Position numbers and translations under genes: made by a program. Shown piece by piece: positions 42,783 through 54,900 of a stretch of DNA of 64,000 nucleotides. The stretch's first letter is position 1; every line of letters starts with the position of its first letter. The DNA comes from Adineta vaga (lineage: Eukaryota; Animalia; Rotifera), in NCBI GenBank assembly GCA_021613535.1, contig CP075495.1, positions 3,534,001-3,598,000 on the forward strand, given 5' to 3'. The notes under the pieces are model-generated. The model searched no databases. It was given only the letters and a program-made list of their open reading frames with translations, and was not told the origin of the DNA.

Positions 42783-43493
42783 ATGAATCCAACTTTCATA
42801 GAAGGATCTGGTGAAACAGTTCCCCTAAGAATCGGAGCTCGTACAACATCTTATTTACCAGTGGAAACTGCAAGTCGAACATTTGGTACAAGTTATTTTC
42901 TCATGTAAATTTTCATGTTTTTTTATATCGAATTTAAATCGACAATTCATCGTATTTTGTATTTTTTTAGTTCAACACTACTTGCAGCGATTATTCCATG
43001 TATTGAATTAGGAATTGGTTTATATTATAAAGGACAATGTCCAATCGATCAACGTATACCAACATATATGATTGTTGCTGGTATTTGTGGTCTTGCACTT
43101 GTTGGTCTATCTATTTTTCTTGCCTTGTAAATTCAATAACGAAGAAAACTATTTTCTAATACTATTGATTGTCTCTTCTCTCGTTCTAGAACATTTATGT
43201 GTTTTATATCAGACTCAACAGCATTGACACTCTTAGCAAGTTGTGGTGTATGCTTAAACATCCTAGCAACGTTAATTATATCAGTATTTGTTTTTATTTG
43301 GTTCATTCTTGGCTGTGTTTGGGTATTTAGTGTTCATAAAATTGTACAATTTGATCATTCACTCGAGCCAAACTATTGTCAACCAGTTTTATATAAATGG
43401 ACATTTGCTTTATTGATTATAACTATCGTTTGGGCATTTCTTCAATGTTGTTTATCATGTTTTCGACAGTGCTGCACTGGACGAAGTAGTTAG
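42783..43493 (+). CDS. TMEM272-like 4-TM protein (3 exons)
   Basis: GLYYKGQCPIDQRIPTYMIVAG, FIWFILGCVWVF, YCQPVLYKWTF, QCCLSCFRQCC. Confidence 0.8.
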
Positions 43494-44891
43494 ATGACAT
43501 AGATGGAATTTTATAAACAGTTTTTCTTTTCTATTCTACATAGTTTTTCATTTGAAATTTCATATTCAACTTCTATATTGTATCTCTTTAAACAAAAATA
43601 GACTAACATATACACATGTGATAGAATTTAAGTTATGCTTTTCTTTTATTTTTGATGGATAAAATCTCGTTTGTCGAAAAATGATATGAACGTAAATATG
43701 TTCAGTTCAGTTTATATAGAAAAATTGATGATTGGTTCTGTTTCGGCCATTTTATTTAAACATTAATCTCATTCTTTTTTCTTTCCTTTTAACATTGACT
43801 GTCACGACTCACTTTACTATGACATAAAAGTAAAGTTTTTTTTGTCGTGATGTTGTCGAAAGTTACCTTTCTTTTTCTATTATGAAAAACAACAAAATTG
43901 TCATCATACTTTTACCATCTAATAATTACGATTTGATTGACAAAACATACATATAAAGTAAGTCATTAACGGTTTCTAAATCAGAAACATAATCACCGTT
44001 GGTTTATAAGATCTCAGTATCAATCCATCCTTACAACTTTGATTGATTAAAATATAAATAAACAAAAGTAAAGTTCGGTAAATAATTCTTAATAACGATG
44101 TAAGGTTTTTTTCGCCCTATTCGATCTTTTAAATCGTACGGATCATTTTACGCGAAAATTTCTAAGCCTATACTTAAGTGTTTATAATAAAATCGAGTAG
44201 AATTGGAAGATTACATATGTTTTTTAACCGTTACCGTACGAGCATGATAAATAGGTCTACAAATCAGTAAGAAGAGATTTGGTATAGTTGAGTTCTAAGA
44301 AAACGATTTCTATCGAGATACGTTGGAGAAACGCTGTATCAGTCATTTTGTGCATGAAATCGTGTTGATCATAATTGAAAAGGTAACACAAAAGGAATAA
44401 CGACGAATATCTGGAAAAAAATATACTTTGAAGCACATATGGCGCCATTAGATAAGACAAGAAAAAAATAGACTCGATCTATATTTGCATAGTATAGTGT
44501 AGAAAAGGAATCATATTTTCATAAAATTACATTTGAATATAAAAAAATTCATGCAAATATTTTCAATTTCATGTATATATACATATTCTCTTTCGTGAAT
44601 ATTTTACTACACGTATCTACCCATTCGTCTTCATTGCCATGCGTATATATATATACATATGCGAAGACGCTCATAAGTGCATGAATATATATTTTTCTTG
44701 ATAAAAAGACAACGTAAATCATGTTTGCTATGCATGATTGCATTTATATTTCTTTTTCAGAAAAAAAGAAAGAAAAAATCGAGAATATTACTATTCTAGA
44801 TAAATCTTCTTTGTGCAGTAATCATTTCGATAAATTGATCAATACAAAACCATTTACAATTGATTTGATTTATTAGCACAAATTCGAAGAA

Positions 44892-46434
44892 ATGGCCCAT
44901 AAAGTAAGACATTAATCATGATAGTCTTGTAAATTTTTAATCGTTTTTTTTAGGATGATCAAGTCACTATTGAACTAACTGGTAGTGAAAGTGCAAAATC
45001 AAGTAATCGAAATTCTATTACAGGTAAACATTTCTTTTCTTCATGCACGATTTGTTATTCTTTTTTCTATATGAATGTCATTCGTTTTTCTAATGTTTTT
45101 TGTTTTCTCTGTAGTTCCAATATCAGCACACAATGTTTCTGTATCAACAGTACAACATCATTCGAATTTATTTATGAAACAAGTCAGTTTAGTTTCATTA
45201 ACATTACAAAATGCTTTGAGTATATTACTATTACGTTATGTTCGCACACTTCCAGGCGATCGTTTTATTAATTCAACTGCAGTTATTAATTCTGAAATCC
45301 AGAAGACAATTTTTAGTATCATATTAGTCATTAATGAAGAACGAAATATTATGAAAGCTTTTAAATTAATTTATGATAAAATTGTACGCCAACCGTATGA
45401 TACATTTAAAACCGGATTACCCGCCTTACTTTATACATTACAAAATAATCTTCTATTTATTGCTATATCAAATTTAGATGCTGCTACATTTCAGGTAGAG
45501 AAAACGAAAAAAGCCTTTTTTGTTTTTCTTACATTTTATTCTAATTTTTGATCAACAATCGCCTTGATCTACGTTTTAGATTGTGATTGAAGAACTTCTT
45601 ATAAATCTGTAAATAAATTAAAAGATGACCTTAGCCTTTCGAATGATTTCTCTATTGACTTTTGCATGACAAATGACTCATCATCGTCTATAAGATGATT
45701 TGAATTGTAATTATTTATTTAGGTAACATATCAATTAAAAATTTTTACAACGGCTGTTTTAATGGTGTTTATTCTTCGTCGACAATTAAATCTTGTACAA
45801 TGGTTTGCTTTATTTCTTCTTTTCGTTGGTATTTCTCTTGTACAACTCGAAAATATGACATCATCAAGACCAAAACAAGATGTTAATGCTGTTTATGGAT
45901 TTATGGCTGTGATATGTGCTTGTATGTTTATTTTCATTCACATACAATAGAATATTTCATTTGTATTCCCATTCAGGTATATTAAGTGGTTTAGCTGGTG
46001 TTTATTTTGAAAAAATTCTCAAGGGAAGTGATGTTTCAGTTTGGATTCGTAATATTCAATTAGGTGTATTTGGTATGTTCTTCGGTGTTTTAACAATGTA
46101 TGTATCCGATGGTTCTGAAGTGAAAGCAAAAGGTTTTCTCTTTGGTTATTCACCAATGGTCTGGATAGCAACATTACTTCATTCAGTTGGTGGTTTAATT
46201 GTTGCATTAGTTGTTAAATATGCTGATAATATTTTAAAAGGTTTTGCAACATCAATGGCTATTATTATCTCATGTATTGTTAGCATAATTCTATTTGATT
46301 TTCAATTAACTGTATTATTTACATTGGGTTCTAGTTTAGTTATATTTTCGATATTTCTCTATTCAAAACCTGATTTAATATTTAAGGTACCAATTTTGAA
46401 TGCGTGTTTTAATGAAAGATCAATTTTATTATAA
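44892..46434 (+). CDS. Nucleotide-sugar transporter, SLC35A2/A3-like (UDP-Gal/UDP-GlcNAc)
   Basis: LTLQNA, PALLYTLQNNL, DAATFQ|VTYQLKIFTTA, SGLAGVYFEKILK, VWIRNIQL, VVKYADNILKGFATS. Confidence 0.92.
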
Positions 46435-46833
46435 GATTTAATCTACAGATTAAGTGATAGACATTGTTGTTCTTTGTTTAAATTTTACCTCAAATTTTTC
46501 TGTGTATCTCACATTGTGATAGAATTTTGAAAAAAAAACAAATAATAATTCATTCCAAATTGTTTGTTGTTTGTGTCTGTTCTCATTATTTTATCGATTT
46601 ATCGTCTCTCTTTTGTATTTTACGCACGTTTTATTTGTAATCATTTGCAAATATTTGTCATTCCAAATGATTTTAAAGTAAAGCACTTTTCAATTCGAAT
46701 TCGTTTCTTTCTATACAAAATAAATGCTCTTGTCAATTTTACTTATTGACATGAAAAACGATTAATAAATATTTATTGGTTTGATTCTTTATTAGACAAA
46801 TATACTTTGACGTAATTTTCAAGATAAAAATTT

Positions 46834-48495
46834 TTATTTTTTGCTTTCTGTTCTTGGTAACAAATTAATGATATTCGATTTTTCATTCGGATATTTTCTT
46901 GCCGTTTGTGAACGATGTCGATTGTCTTTTGCGATCATCAATCGACGTTTCTTAAATGGAACTAAATACATCCATATCAATGTACCAATTTGATAAGCAA
47001 AGAATAAAATTGTAAATACTCCGAGAGCATATCGATCAATAATGATTAAACTTTGAATACTGGTTATTGCGCCAGATGTATTATAAAAATTAATATATCC
47101 AATAACACCATGATCTAAGAAATATAATAAAAGAAAAAGAATCGTGTATATGTAATGAAGACTTACAAATATTTAAAAGACATAGTGAGAATATATTTCC
47201 AATTGCATAAATATCTACAGCTGTTAGATAGGAGATTGTTCTAAAAGAGAAAAGTTTGTTTTTTCGAGGCAAACAACATGGTTTCTATCTACGGTAATGC
47301 TTTATTACATAACCAACGAAATGTTATTGATGTTAGTAATAAAGTACAAGCGATTTGAACACGACCATGAATACTATGCAAAGATAATGAAAACATGATT
47401 TTGATGAGAGGTTTTTCCATTATTTACTTAGATAAAGGAATTGGAAATGTTGTAAAACTTGCAGATGTGATAAGAAAAATAAGAAAATATGCATTCCATA
47501 TAAAATATCCATATTTACTAAAGATAGAAAATCATTTTATTTTCTATGAAAAAGAGAAGCAAACCGTGCTGTATGACATGAACAAATGACAACTGGATGA
47601 TTATGTCCATCATCAAGATATTCATCAATTTCTTGTGTTACTTCGATATCAACATGTTCAAATAGAAACCATTCTTGTTCATCAGTAAATACTCGTCGAT
47701 TAACACCTGATGGTTTTCTTAAATTTCGTATAAATATCATTTCTTTATCTGAATGTGATGTTGTTAATGAGACTGATAATTCTTGAACATCAACTGGAAA
47801 ATGATGTAATTCCATGCGTTCCCATAACGTTCCTTTTAATCGATGATGTTCAGTGACTGTTGCGAAACCATGTTTATTAAAATGAACACTATATGTTATG
47901 TCATCTTGTAAATCGCCGATTCCATTCATTAATTCTAATTCCGGTGTCCAATTAATAGCTGGATTAAATGGGCGTGTTTGTAAACCTTTGAATGATGGCT
48001 CTTCCCAAGATGCTTCAAGTAAAACTTCAGCATAATATCGTTCATTTAATGTATCAATTTCACCAACACGAATGAATATACAACGAATACTGACCTAAAT
48101 GAAAGAAATAATTAAATGTTAGAAATTATTATTCGTTTACTTCAACAGGACCAGGAGTAACTTTTTTAAAGACTAAATGTCGTAAAGGAGTCGCTGGAAC
48201 TAAATCTCGTTGTTGATTCGTTTTTTCTGAGATATCCTCAATCGAAACGCGTGGTGAAGATTTTGTATTCGATTCAATTGTCGAGAGATTATTTCTACTA
48301 TCAACATCATAAACTTGTTGAGTTGAGATTTGTTGAAGACGCTGACGTGTACTAAATCGAAGTGATGGTGCCGAAGGTGGACGTTCTGCGGAAGTTGCTA
48401 GAAAAAAAAGAGATACCAATGCCCATAAAATTAATCGCGATCTTGAAATTCTTCCTAATGCAAGAAAAATTTTCAAATAAAAACTTACGTCTCAT
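46834..48495 (-). CDS. Pentameric ligand-gated ion channel, Cys-less (Pro-loop) type
   Basis: IRVGEIDTLNERY, SW, WTPELELMN, MELHHFPVDVQ (no Cys-loop cysteines), EW, GYFIWNAYFLIFLI (M1), GRVQIACTLLLTSITFRW (M2), LP|TISYLT..D (M3), IDR (M4). Confidence 0.88.
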
Positions 48496-48868
48496 GATTG
48501 TTGAAGCTTGTGTGAAGGAAATATTTCTTCTAATAGTTTTTGAGTTAACTATTTAACAAAAGTTTTTACTTTTTGTTCCTTTTCCGTACTTCCCATCCCA
48601 TCTGCCGTTAGAAACAACACATTCTTAAAGAATTTCTTTTTACTCTCAGTCTTCATTTATAATAACTTTTATTTTCATGAATTTTCAATGGTCCCTCTCG
48701 ACTTAATTTTCTCATCTACACCTGATATATATTTCTTTCAATGTCATATATAAATGAAAAAAAATTGAAACGAGAAGAAAACAATGTAATTTGCTTTTCT
48801 CAACTATTGATATTCACATAGACCATATGCTATATTTGTTCGAATTGCGTGATATTCACCAGATTGAA

Positions 48869-50462
48869 TCAAACATAAATCGATGAAGTAATAACCACAG
48901 TTAAAGATTGATCTTCGAATGAAACTTTTTTATTCGAATGTGAACGACGTGTACTACTAACGCTATTGAATCGAATAGATGGATTGGAACTTAATGCTTG
49001 ATTGTTACTTGAAAATGTTCGATTATGACTATCTCCACTACAATTACTACTATGATCATCACAGCCCGAATCAAATGAATTGGATTGCTGTGTTTTACCA
49101 TGCATGATTTTATCTGTTGGTAGAATTTTCATTGCTAATGAACTTTCATCACTTAATAATGTTGATTTTAAATGTTCATCGGAGACAACACTTCCATTTA
49201 TCTCATTACGTCTACTATAAGCATTGATAATTGGTTGTATTGTATGTGATTTAGTACGTTTTTTCTTTCCAGATGGAATATCGTTTGACGATAATAATGT
49301 AGGATGTGATGATTTTGATTGATGTGAATGTTTCAGAAGAAGTTTCAAAGGTTCCTAGGAAAATAAATAACAAAAGTATTTAGTGATTGTATATGACATA
49401 GTTGACATAGTTATAGAATAGTATAAAAGAAAAACTTTGTTGCTATACGATTTTTTTAAATACGTACAAGACTAATTGGTTTCGATGATTTTATTGAGCT
49501 ATTTTGTTTATTTGAATGATTCAATTTTATTGATGAATTTGAAACGGATAAAAGACTTTCTTTTATCGGTGGTTTTGAAAATCTTTGATGATAATGGGTA
49601 GAAGAGTCTTGTAAATGATTTGTTCGTATGCGTGATGCATGTTTAAGAATATCCTTTTCGATATTTTTCCGTGATGATGCTGATAATGGAGTAATATCGA
49701 TTGTATCATGATGTATCAAGGGATTCGAATGACTTCTATTTTGTTGAGAATGTCGATACATTGTCGGTGGTAAACGAATTCCTAATCGACGATGATTTGC
49801 ATCTATAAGAAGAAAACAAAAACATAAGATAAGATTCTTTTTTTTTGAAGTTCTATTACCTTGAAACGTAGTACCGCTCGTTTTTTGTAATAAGGAACTC
49901 ATATAAGCAAGATCTGGATCATTTCCAATTAGTTTTCTGAGAGATGTTTTCTCATCGAGTGGATCTAGATATTCACTAGGTACAATCGATGATGCACAGT
50001 AGGTATGATGTTCAATATCATTCTGTTGCGTTTGAGAAATATTCAAGATTTCTGTTTGTTCAACATTAATTGTAGATGTTCGCGATAATGAAGAGAATAT
50101 TCGCGATTGTTGATTGATCATTTGTGTCGTAATTGGACAGTGAAGTAGAGTTGGTGGTCTATTCGATGTTTTTGATCTTGGAACAGGATTTAGATTTATA
50201 CGAATTCCATGATCAAGACATGTTGTTTCTATAGTTTGATATGACGATAGATTCGTTGATTCATTTAATACTGATGATGTCAATTTTTTATTTGTACGAG
50301 ATTTTAATAACTTCGAATCAGTTTCTGGTAGATCGATTCGATTACCATTGATAATAATACCTAAAAAATAGTATGAAATGAATATATATTTCTTTTATGA
50401 AGAAATTAATCACCTTGATTTTCAAAAGCTGGTCGTTCTTTACGAAGTGTTTTCAAACGCAT
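48869..50462 (-). CDS. Uncharacterised Ser/His-rich, probably disordered protein (multi-exon)
   Basis: Long open frames 50283-49456 and 49348-48869 with plausible GT-AG junctions. Likely start MRLKTLRKERPAFENQ at 50462. No recognised domain. Confidence 0.55.
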
Positions 50463-51172
50463 CTGGATATATTCGTTGATGCTGAAAAAGAGAAGAAGGA
50501 GTGTTTTAACGATGCTTTATGTTCAAGCAAAAAAGAAAATGCAAAGAGAAACCGATCAAATGAAGTGGGCAATCAAAGATCAGTCGAATGACAACAATAA
50601 CAAACAAATGTCAGCAACAACCCTTTTTCTTACCTTCTATTTCATGTTTTTTTTCACTTGAATTTCAAGTGCAAAGTTTTTCTTGCTTTGTCAGTTTCCT
50701 TTTTCTTCAATAAACATTCATGAATATGTATTTTATCCAACATTTACTTTCTAATTCATAACATACCGTATCGATTTTTTCTTCTTCTTATGATCACTTG
50801 ACCATGGTTGAGAAATTTATTTATCTTAATTTTAACTCTTTCTTTCTTTTTTCTTTCCTTTTTGTTTCAAAGTCGAACATGACAAATAATGATTGTTATA
50901 CTTGAGAAGAAGAAGAAAACTTTCTCGATATGAATTAGATTTTAAGCTATTGCTGCCTTCATTTTAATGATGTTGAATAGAAAATGACGGTGTTGAAAGG
51001 AAACCAGATAGTTGAATGTAATCAAGGCCTTGAAAGAATAACATTAGAAAGAAAAGCAATGCTCATATGCATACGTTTAATTTTGAGAGTCAAGGTAACT
51101 TTTACAAATTTCAAGAGCTTACAATATAATTCAATTAGTTTCACCTTTAAAAGAGAATATTTTATCTTTTAT

Positions 51173-51809
51173 TTATTTTTCATAGATTTTCAAAAGATAA
51201 ATAATAATTCTTCCAAATGTATCATAACTATCATGAAATGTTAATCGAAATGGATTTTGATCGATTAGATGCGGTGATGGAAGACGAAACACGTACAGAT
51301 AATGTTAAGGAATTTAACTTGAAATGAAATCACGATTTCCTACAAATAAAAAATAAATTATCAAAAAAAGGATATTTGTAATTTTCCATGATCATCTGGA
51401 TAGAATTCTGCTATTGATGCAAATGTTCCATCGGCTTGTCGATATTCCACAGCAAATTGTTTCGCTGCAAAACCTCCTTGAAATTTAATTGCAATACTAT
51501 TCAATTCAAACGATGTTGTAGTAGTAATTTGTATCCATTGTAATGAACCCTGAATATTAGTGATAAGGAAATCGTTTGTTTGTTTTTCTTTTATCAAGAA
51601 TGAAATCTTACTGCTTCCGAATTCCAACATGTTTCTTCACTTCCATCAATTAAATTTTTCTTTCCATAATTTTTATTATCTTTATTCAAAACTGAACTAA
51701 CTCTATTCATATATATATATAACGTGTTATACATAATTTCAAATGAGATCAATAGACAAAACTACCTCACTTGATTTTCATTTAATTCAATTTCTTTTTC
51801 TGTTGACAT
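51173..51809 (-). CDS. NR2C2AP: Nuclear receptor 2C2-associated protein (galactose-binding-like fold)
   Basis: MSTEKEIELNENQVR|VSSVLNKDNKNYGKKNLIDGSEETCWNSE, QWIQI, KFQGGFA, EFYPDD..KLQ|VFRL...RLTFHDSYDTFGRIIIYLL. The last junction needs an AT-AC intron. Confidence 0.88.
51293..51375 (-). other. U12-type (minor spliceosome) AT-AC intron
   Basis: 5'ss ATATCCTTT at 51375, branch point TTCCTTAAC at 51312-51304, 3'ss ...TGTAC ending 51293. Removal (83 nt, phase 0) restores the conserved C-terminus. Confidence 0.93.
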
Positions 51810-51941
51810 CTACAAAGTTTGTATATATAATTATCAATATAGAAACGAGAAAGAAAAAAACATTCTTTTCCTAGGGATGTTTCGAAATTTATTTATTCAT
51901 CTAATGAAAACAAAAAAGCAACGGTCTGTTCTCATTTCTGT

Positions 51942-54900
51942 TTATTCTCCAATCGAAGGCATTTGAACATTTCTGACTTGACGAAATTCTCCATCGATTA
52001 CAAATTTGGGATTATCAGGACCAAGAATTGTTGCTGCAGAAGGTTTCTTATGTAGATATTTTTGTGTAACATTAATCAGATCTTGTTTTTGACATGCAAA
52101 GATACGATCACGATTCTTTTGTCGCATATCATCATCAATTCCATGTAGAAATTGTGTCATACCTTGATTTCCAGGTGATTTGGGTTTATCAAGCTAGAAA
52201 TGTATATATATATATAGATAGTGAAATTTTATCCAATCTTACTCGTTGAAATGTTGCTAATTTCGCTTCGTCTACATCTTTTTCTGTGAATTTACCATTA
52301 ACAAAATAGTCGATACATTGATCAAATCTTTGTAATGTTTCAAGTGAATGTGGATCACTAAAATTGATGATATATAAACAACTTTTTCTTTATAAACTAT
52401 TCGCTCTTACCGATACGAAAAGAATGAAAATAAATTTCCACGAAGACTAGCACCGCCTCCATATGCACCACCGATTTCACGAATTTCACGCAATAAAAAT
52501 TTATTGAACATCAATTTAGTCAATACTGATAATCTAAAGAATTGAAAGTTAAAAACGAATGGATGTTCATTTTAATTTACTTTGCATAATCTTCGTGCGT
52601 ATATGGAATACTTTGATAACATTGACCAGCATAGTAAATATCAAATGGCATTTCAAAATGTGTTTTACTTGGAAGTTTGATTTTTCCACTTTGAAAATCG
52701 TTCTTAAGAATAACATTTGCATTTTCAAAATGAATCGGTTGTACTTTCGTTGATGAACCAGGAAATCGATTAAGAAAAGTTTCTAAACGTTTCATTCCAT
52801 GCGTTAATCCATTTGATTCACCATTAAGTGCACAACTGAAATAAATCAATCTCGACCCAAAACAACATTCGTGTTTTTCTTACCGTAATGAAGTTTTTGT
52901 GAGAATATGACTGGCAATTTGACCTAATTTATTTGTAATATCATCGAACTTTTCCGAACGTGCAATTTCTTGCATTCGATTAACTTGTGTTAGACCATAG
53001 AGACTTTCCGACATTTGATCAACAGGTCCATATTGACTTGCTGAATGCATCATTGCAAATGTATGACCCGATTCATGTACACTATTGGCATATGCAGATG
53101 CTTGACCTTTTATTAATGTTTCCAAACGATCATGTTGATTTAATTGTTTGCTAAATGAATCGAATTGATTTTTACATGATAAGAAAAGAAAATGAAATAG
53201 ATTTTACTTGAAATGAAGAAGTATATCTTCCCAAAGATCAAACATAGCATCGATATTTCTATCGAGACAATACGATGAAAGTAGGATTCCCTGGAAAAAA
53301 AGAGAAAAGTTTTAGTTAAAAATCTTTTTAATTTTCTTTTTCTCTCTCTCTCTCCGTTTGTTATTACTTCTTCATAATCTTCGATATGAAAGGCACTTTC
53401 ATCGAGATGTGTCGATACACTAAGACCACCAGTTTTCAAAGCAATTTGTTCTGATAATTCCAGATAGTTAAATTTTTTTGATCCAAGTCTAAATAACAAC
53501 AAATAAAATATCTCAAGAAAGAAAAGAACGGTTACAGTTGAATGACGCTGATTATATTTTTTTCTTTTTTTCTTTTCTTGGTATATAAGTACACATTTAC
53601 CTGTATCAATCTCTTTCTTTTTTTTCTTCTTCTTCTTGTTTATTCTTAAATACAACGAGAAAAAAACAAACTAGTCGCATGTTTGATCCACAGTTTCGAC
53701 TTTCACCCGATCAATTGGGTAATAATGGTACATCCGATGAATCATTAGCCAATGGTCTCTGGCCTCAAATATCCTTTGATCATCTTCTTGAACATCATGA
53801 TGCACCACCAACAAAATCTTTATCAATGAATGATGCGACAAATAATGATTTTTGGTCATCATCAGCACAATTTAATGAATTTTTAAATAATTATAATCGA
53901 CAAAACCAACCTGTTGATATTTCATCCTTATTATCAGCATCGCCGCCTCAACAGCATCATCATCATCAGCAACAACAACAACAACAACAGCAACAACAAC
54001 GTTACCATCTTCATCAACAGCAACAACAACAAGAAAATTTTTCAATACCAACTTTTGTTGATAATCATATATTTGAACCACAACTAGATCCTCAACCATC
54101 ATTTGTTGGCCATATCTACCAGAGACAAATTCTATAACTATAAGACGAGATTCGCTTCGTCCTCATCACCATCACCAACAACAACAGCAGCAGCAGCAGC
54201 AGCAACAACAGCCACCATTAACATTCAGTAATCGTTCGCGACCAAATCCATATCTTCAACGACAGCAACAACAGCATCATCATAATTATCATCATCGAAC
54301 TCCTCCACTTCTTCAAATACCCAATGAAGATCATTATCAACAACCACAACACCATACAATTGGTCCATCACGTTTTAAACAAAGCCAACTACCTGCTTAT
54401 ATTGCTTGTTTAAATCATGGTATTAACTATAATGGTGTATCGGGTCCACCTATTCTTCTTCCACCGTCGTTTTAAAAAAACAAAACTCATTGAAAATTTC
54501 TCTCGTTTTTCTCTTTCTTCTTCTTCTTCTTTTCATCTATGTTTATGATTTTAATAAAACTCACTTTGTGAGAATATTAACAAATAATGGTAGATATGGT
54601 TTTAATTCATTTGGTAATTGAAATGTATTGAGTAAGCAGCGAAAATAAGTTATACCATTTGTAGGTTGTTCACATAGTTGAACATAGTTATTATCTATAT
54701 AAATAAACGAATCAATAAATCATATATTTAATATATGTATCATATCTACCTATTTGTCCTTGAGTGATTGGAATACGAATAACCTTCTTGTCAATGTCAG
54801 TGATAGATAATGTTGGTAAAACATCAACATTTTGGACAGCTGATTGCCGTTTTTGTAATTCTAAACCTAAAATATGATCAAGAGAAAAAAAAGAAACGAA

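Noticed and set aside
44090-44245. cgtacg/ccgt-rich patch resembling a decayed repeat
   Set aside because: No definable termini or unit.
45495-45722. Enlarged SLC35A intron as a possible snoRNA host
   Set aside because: No convincing paired C/D or H/ACA boxes with a terminal stem seen by eye.
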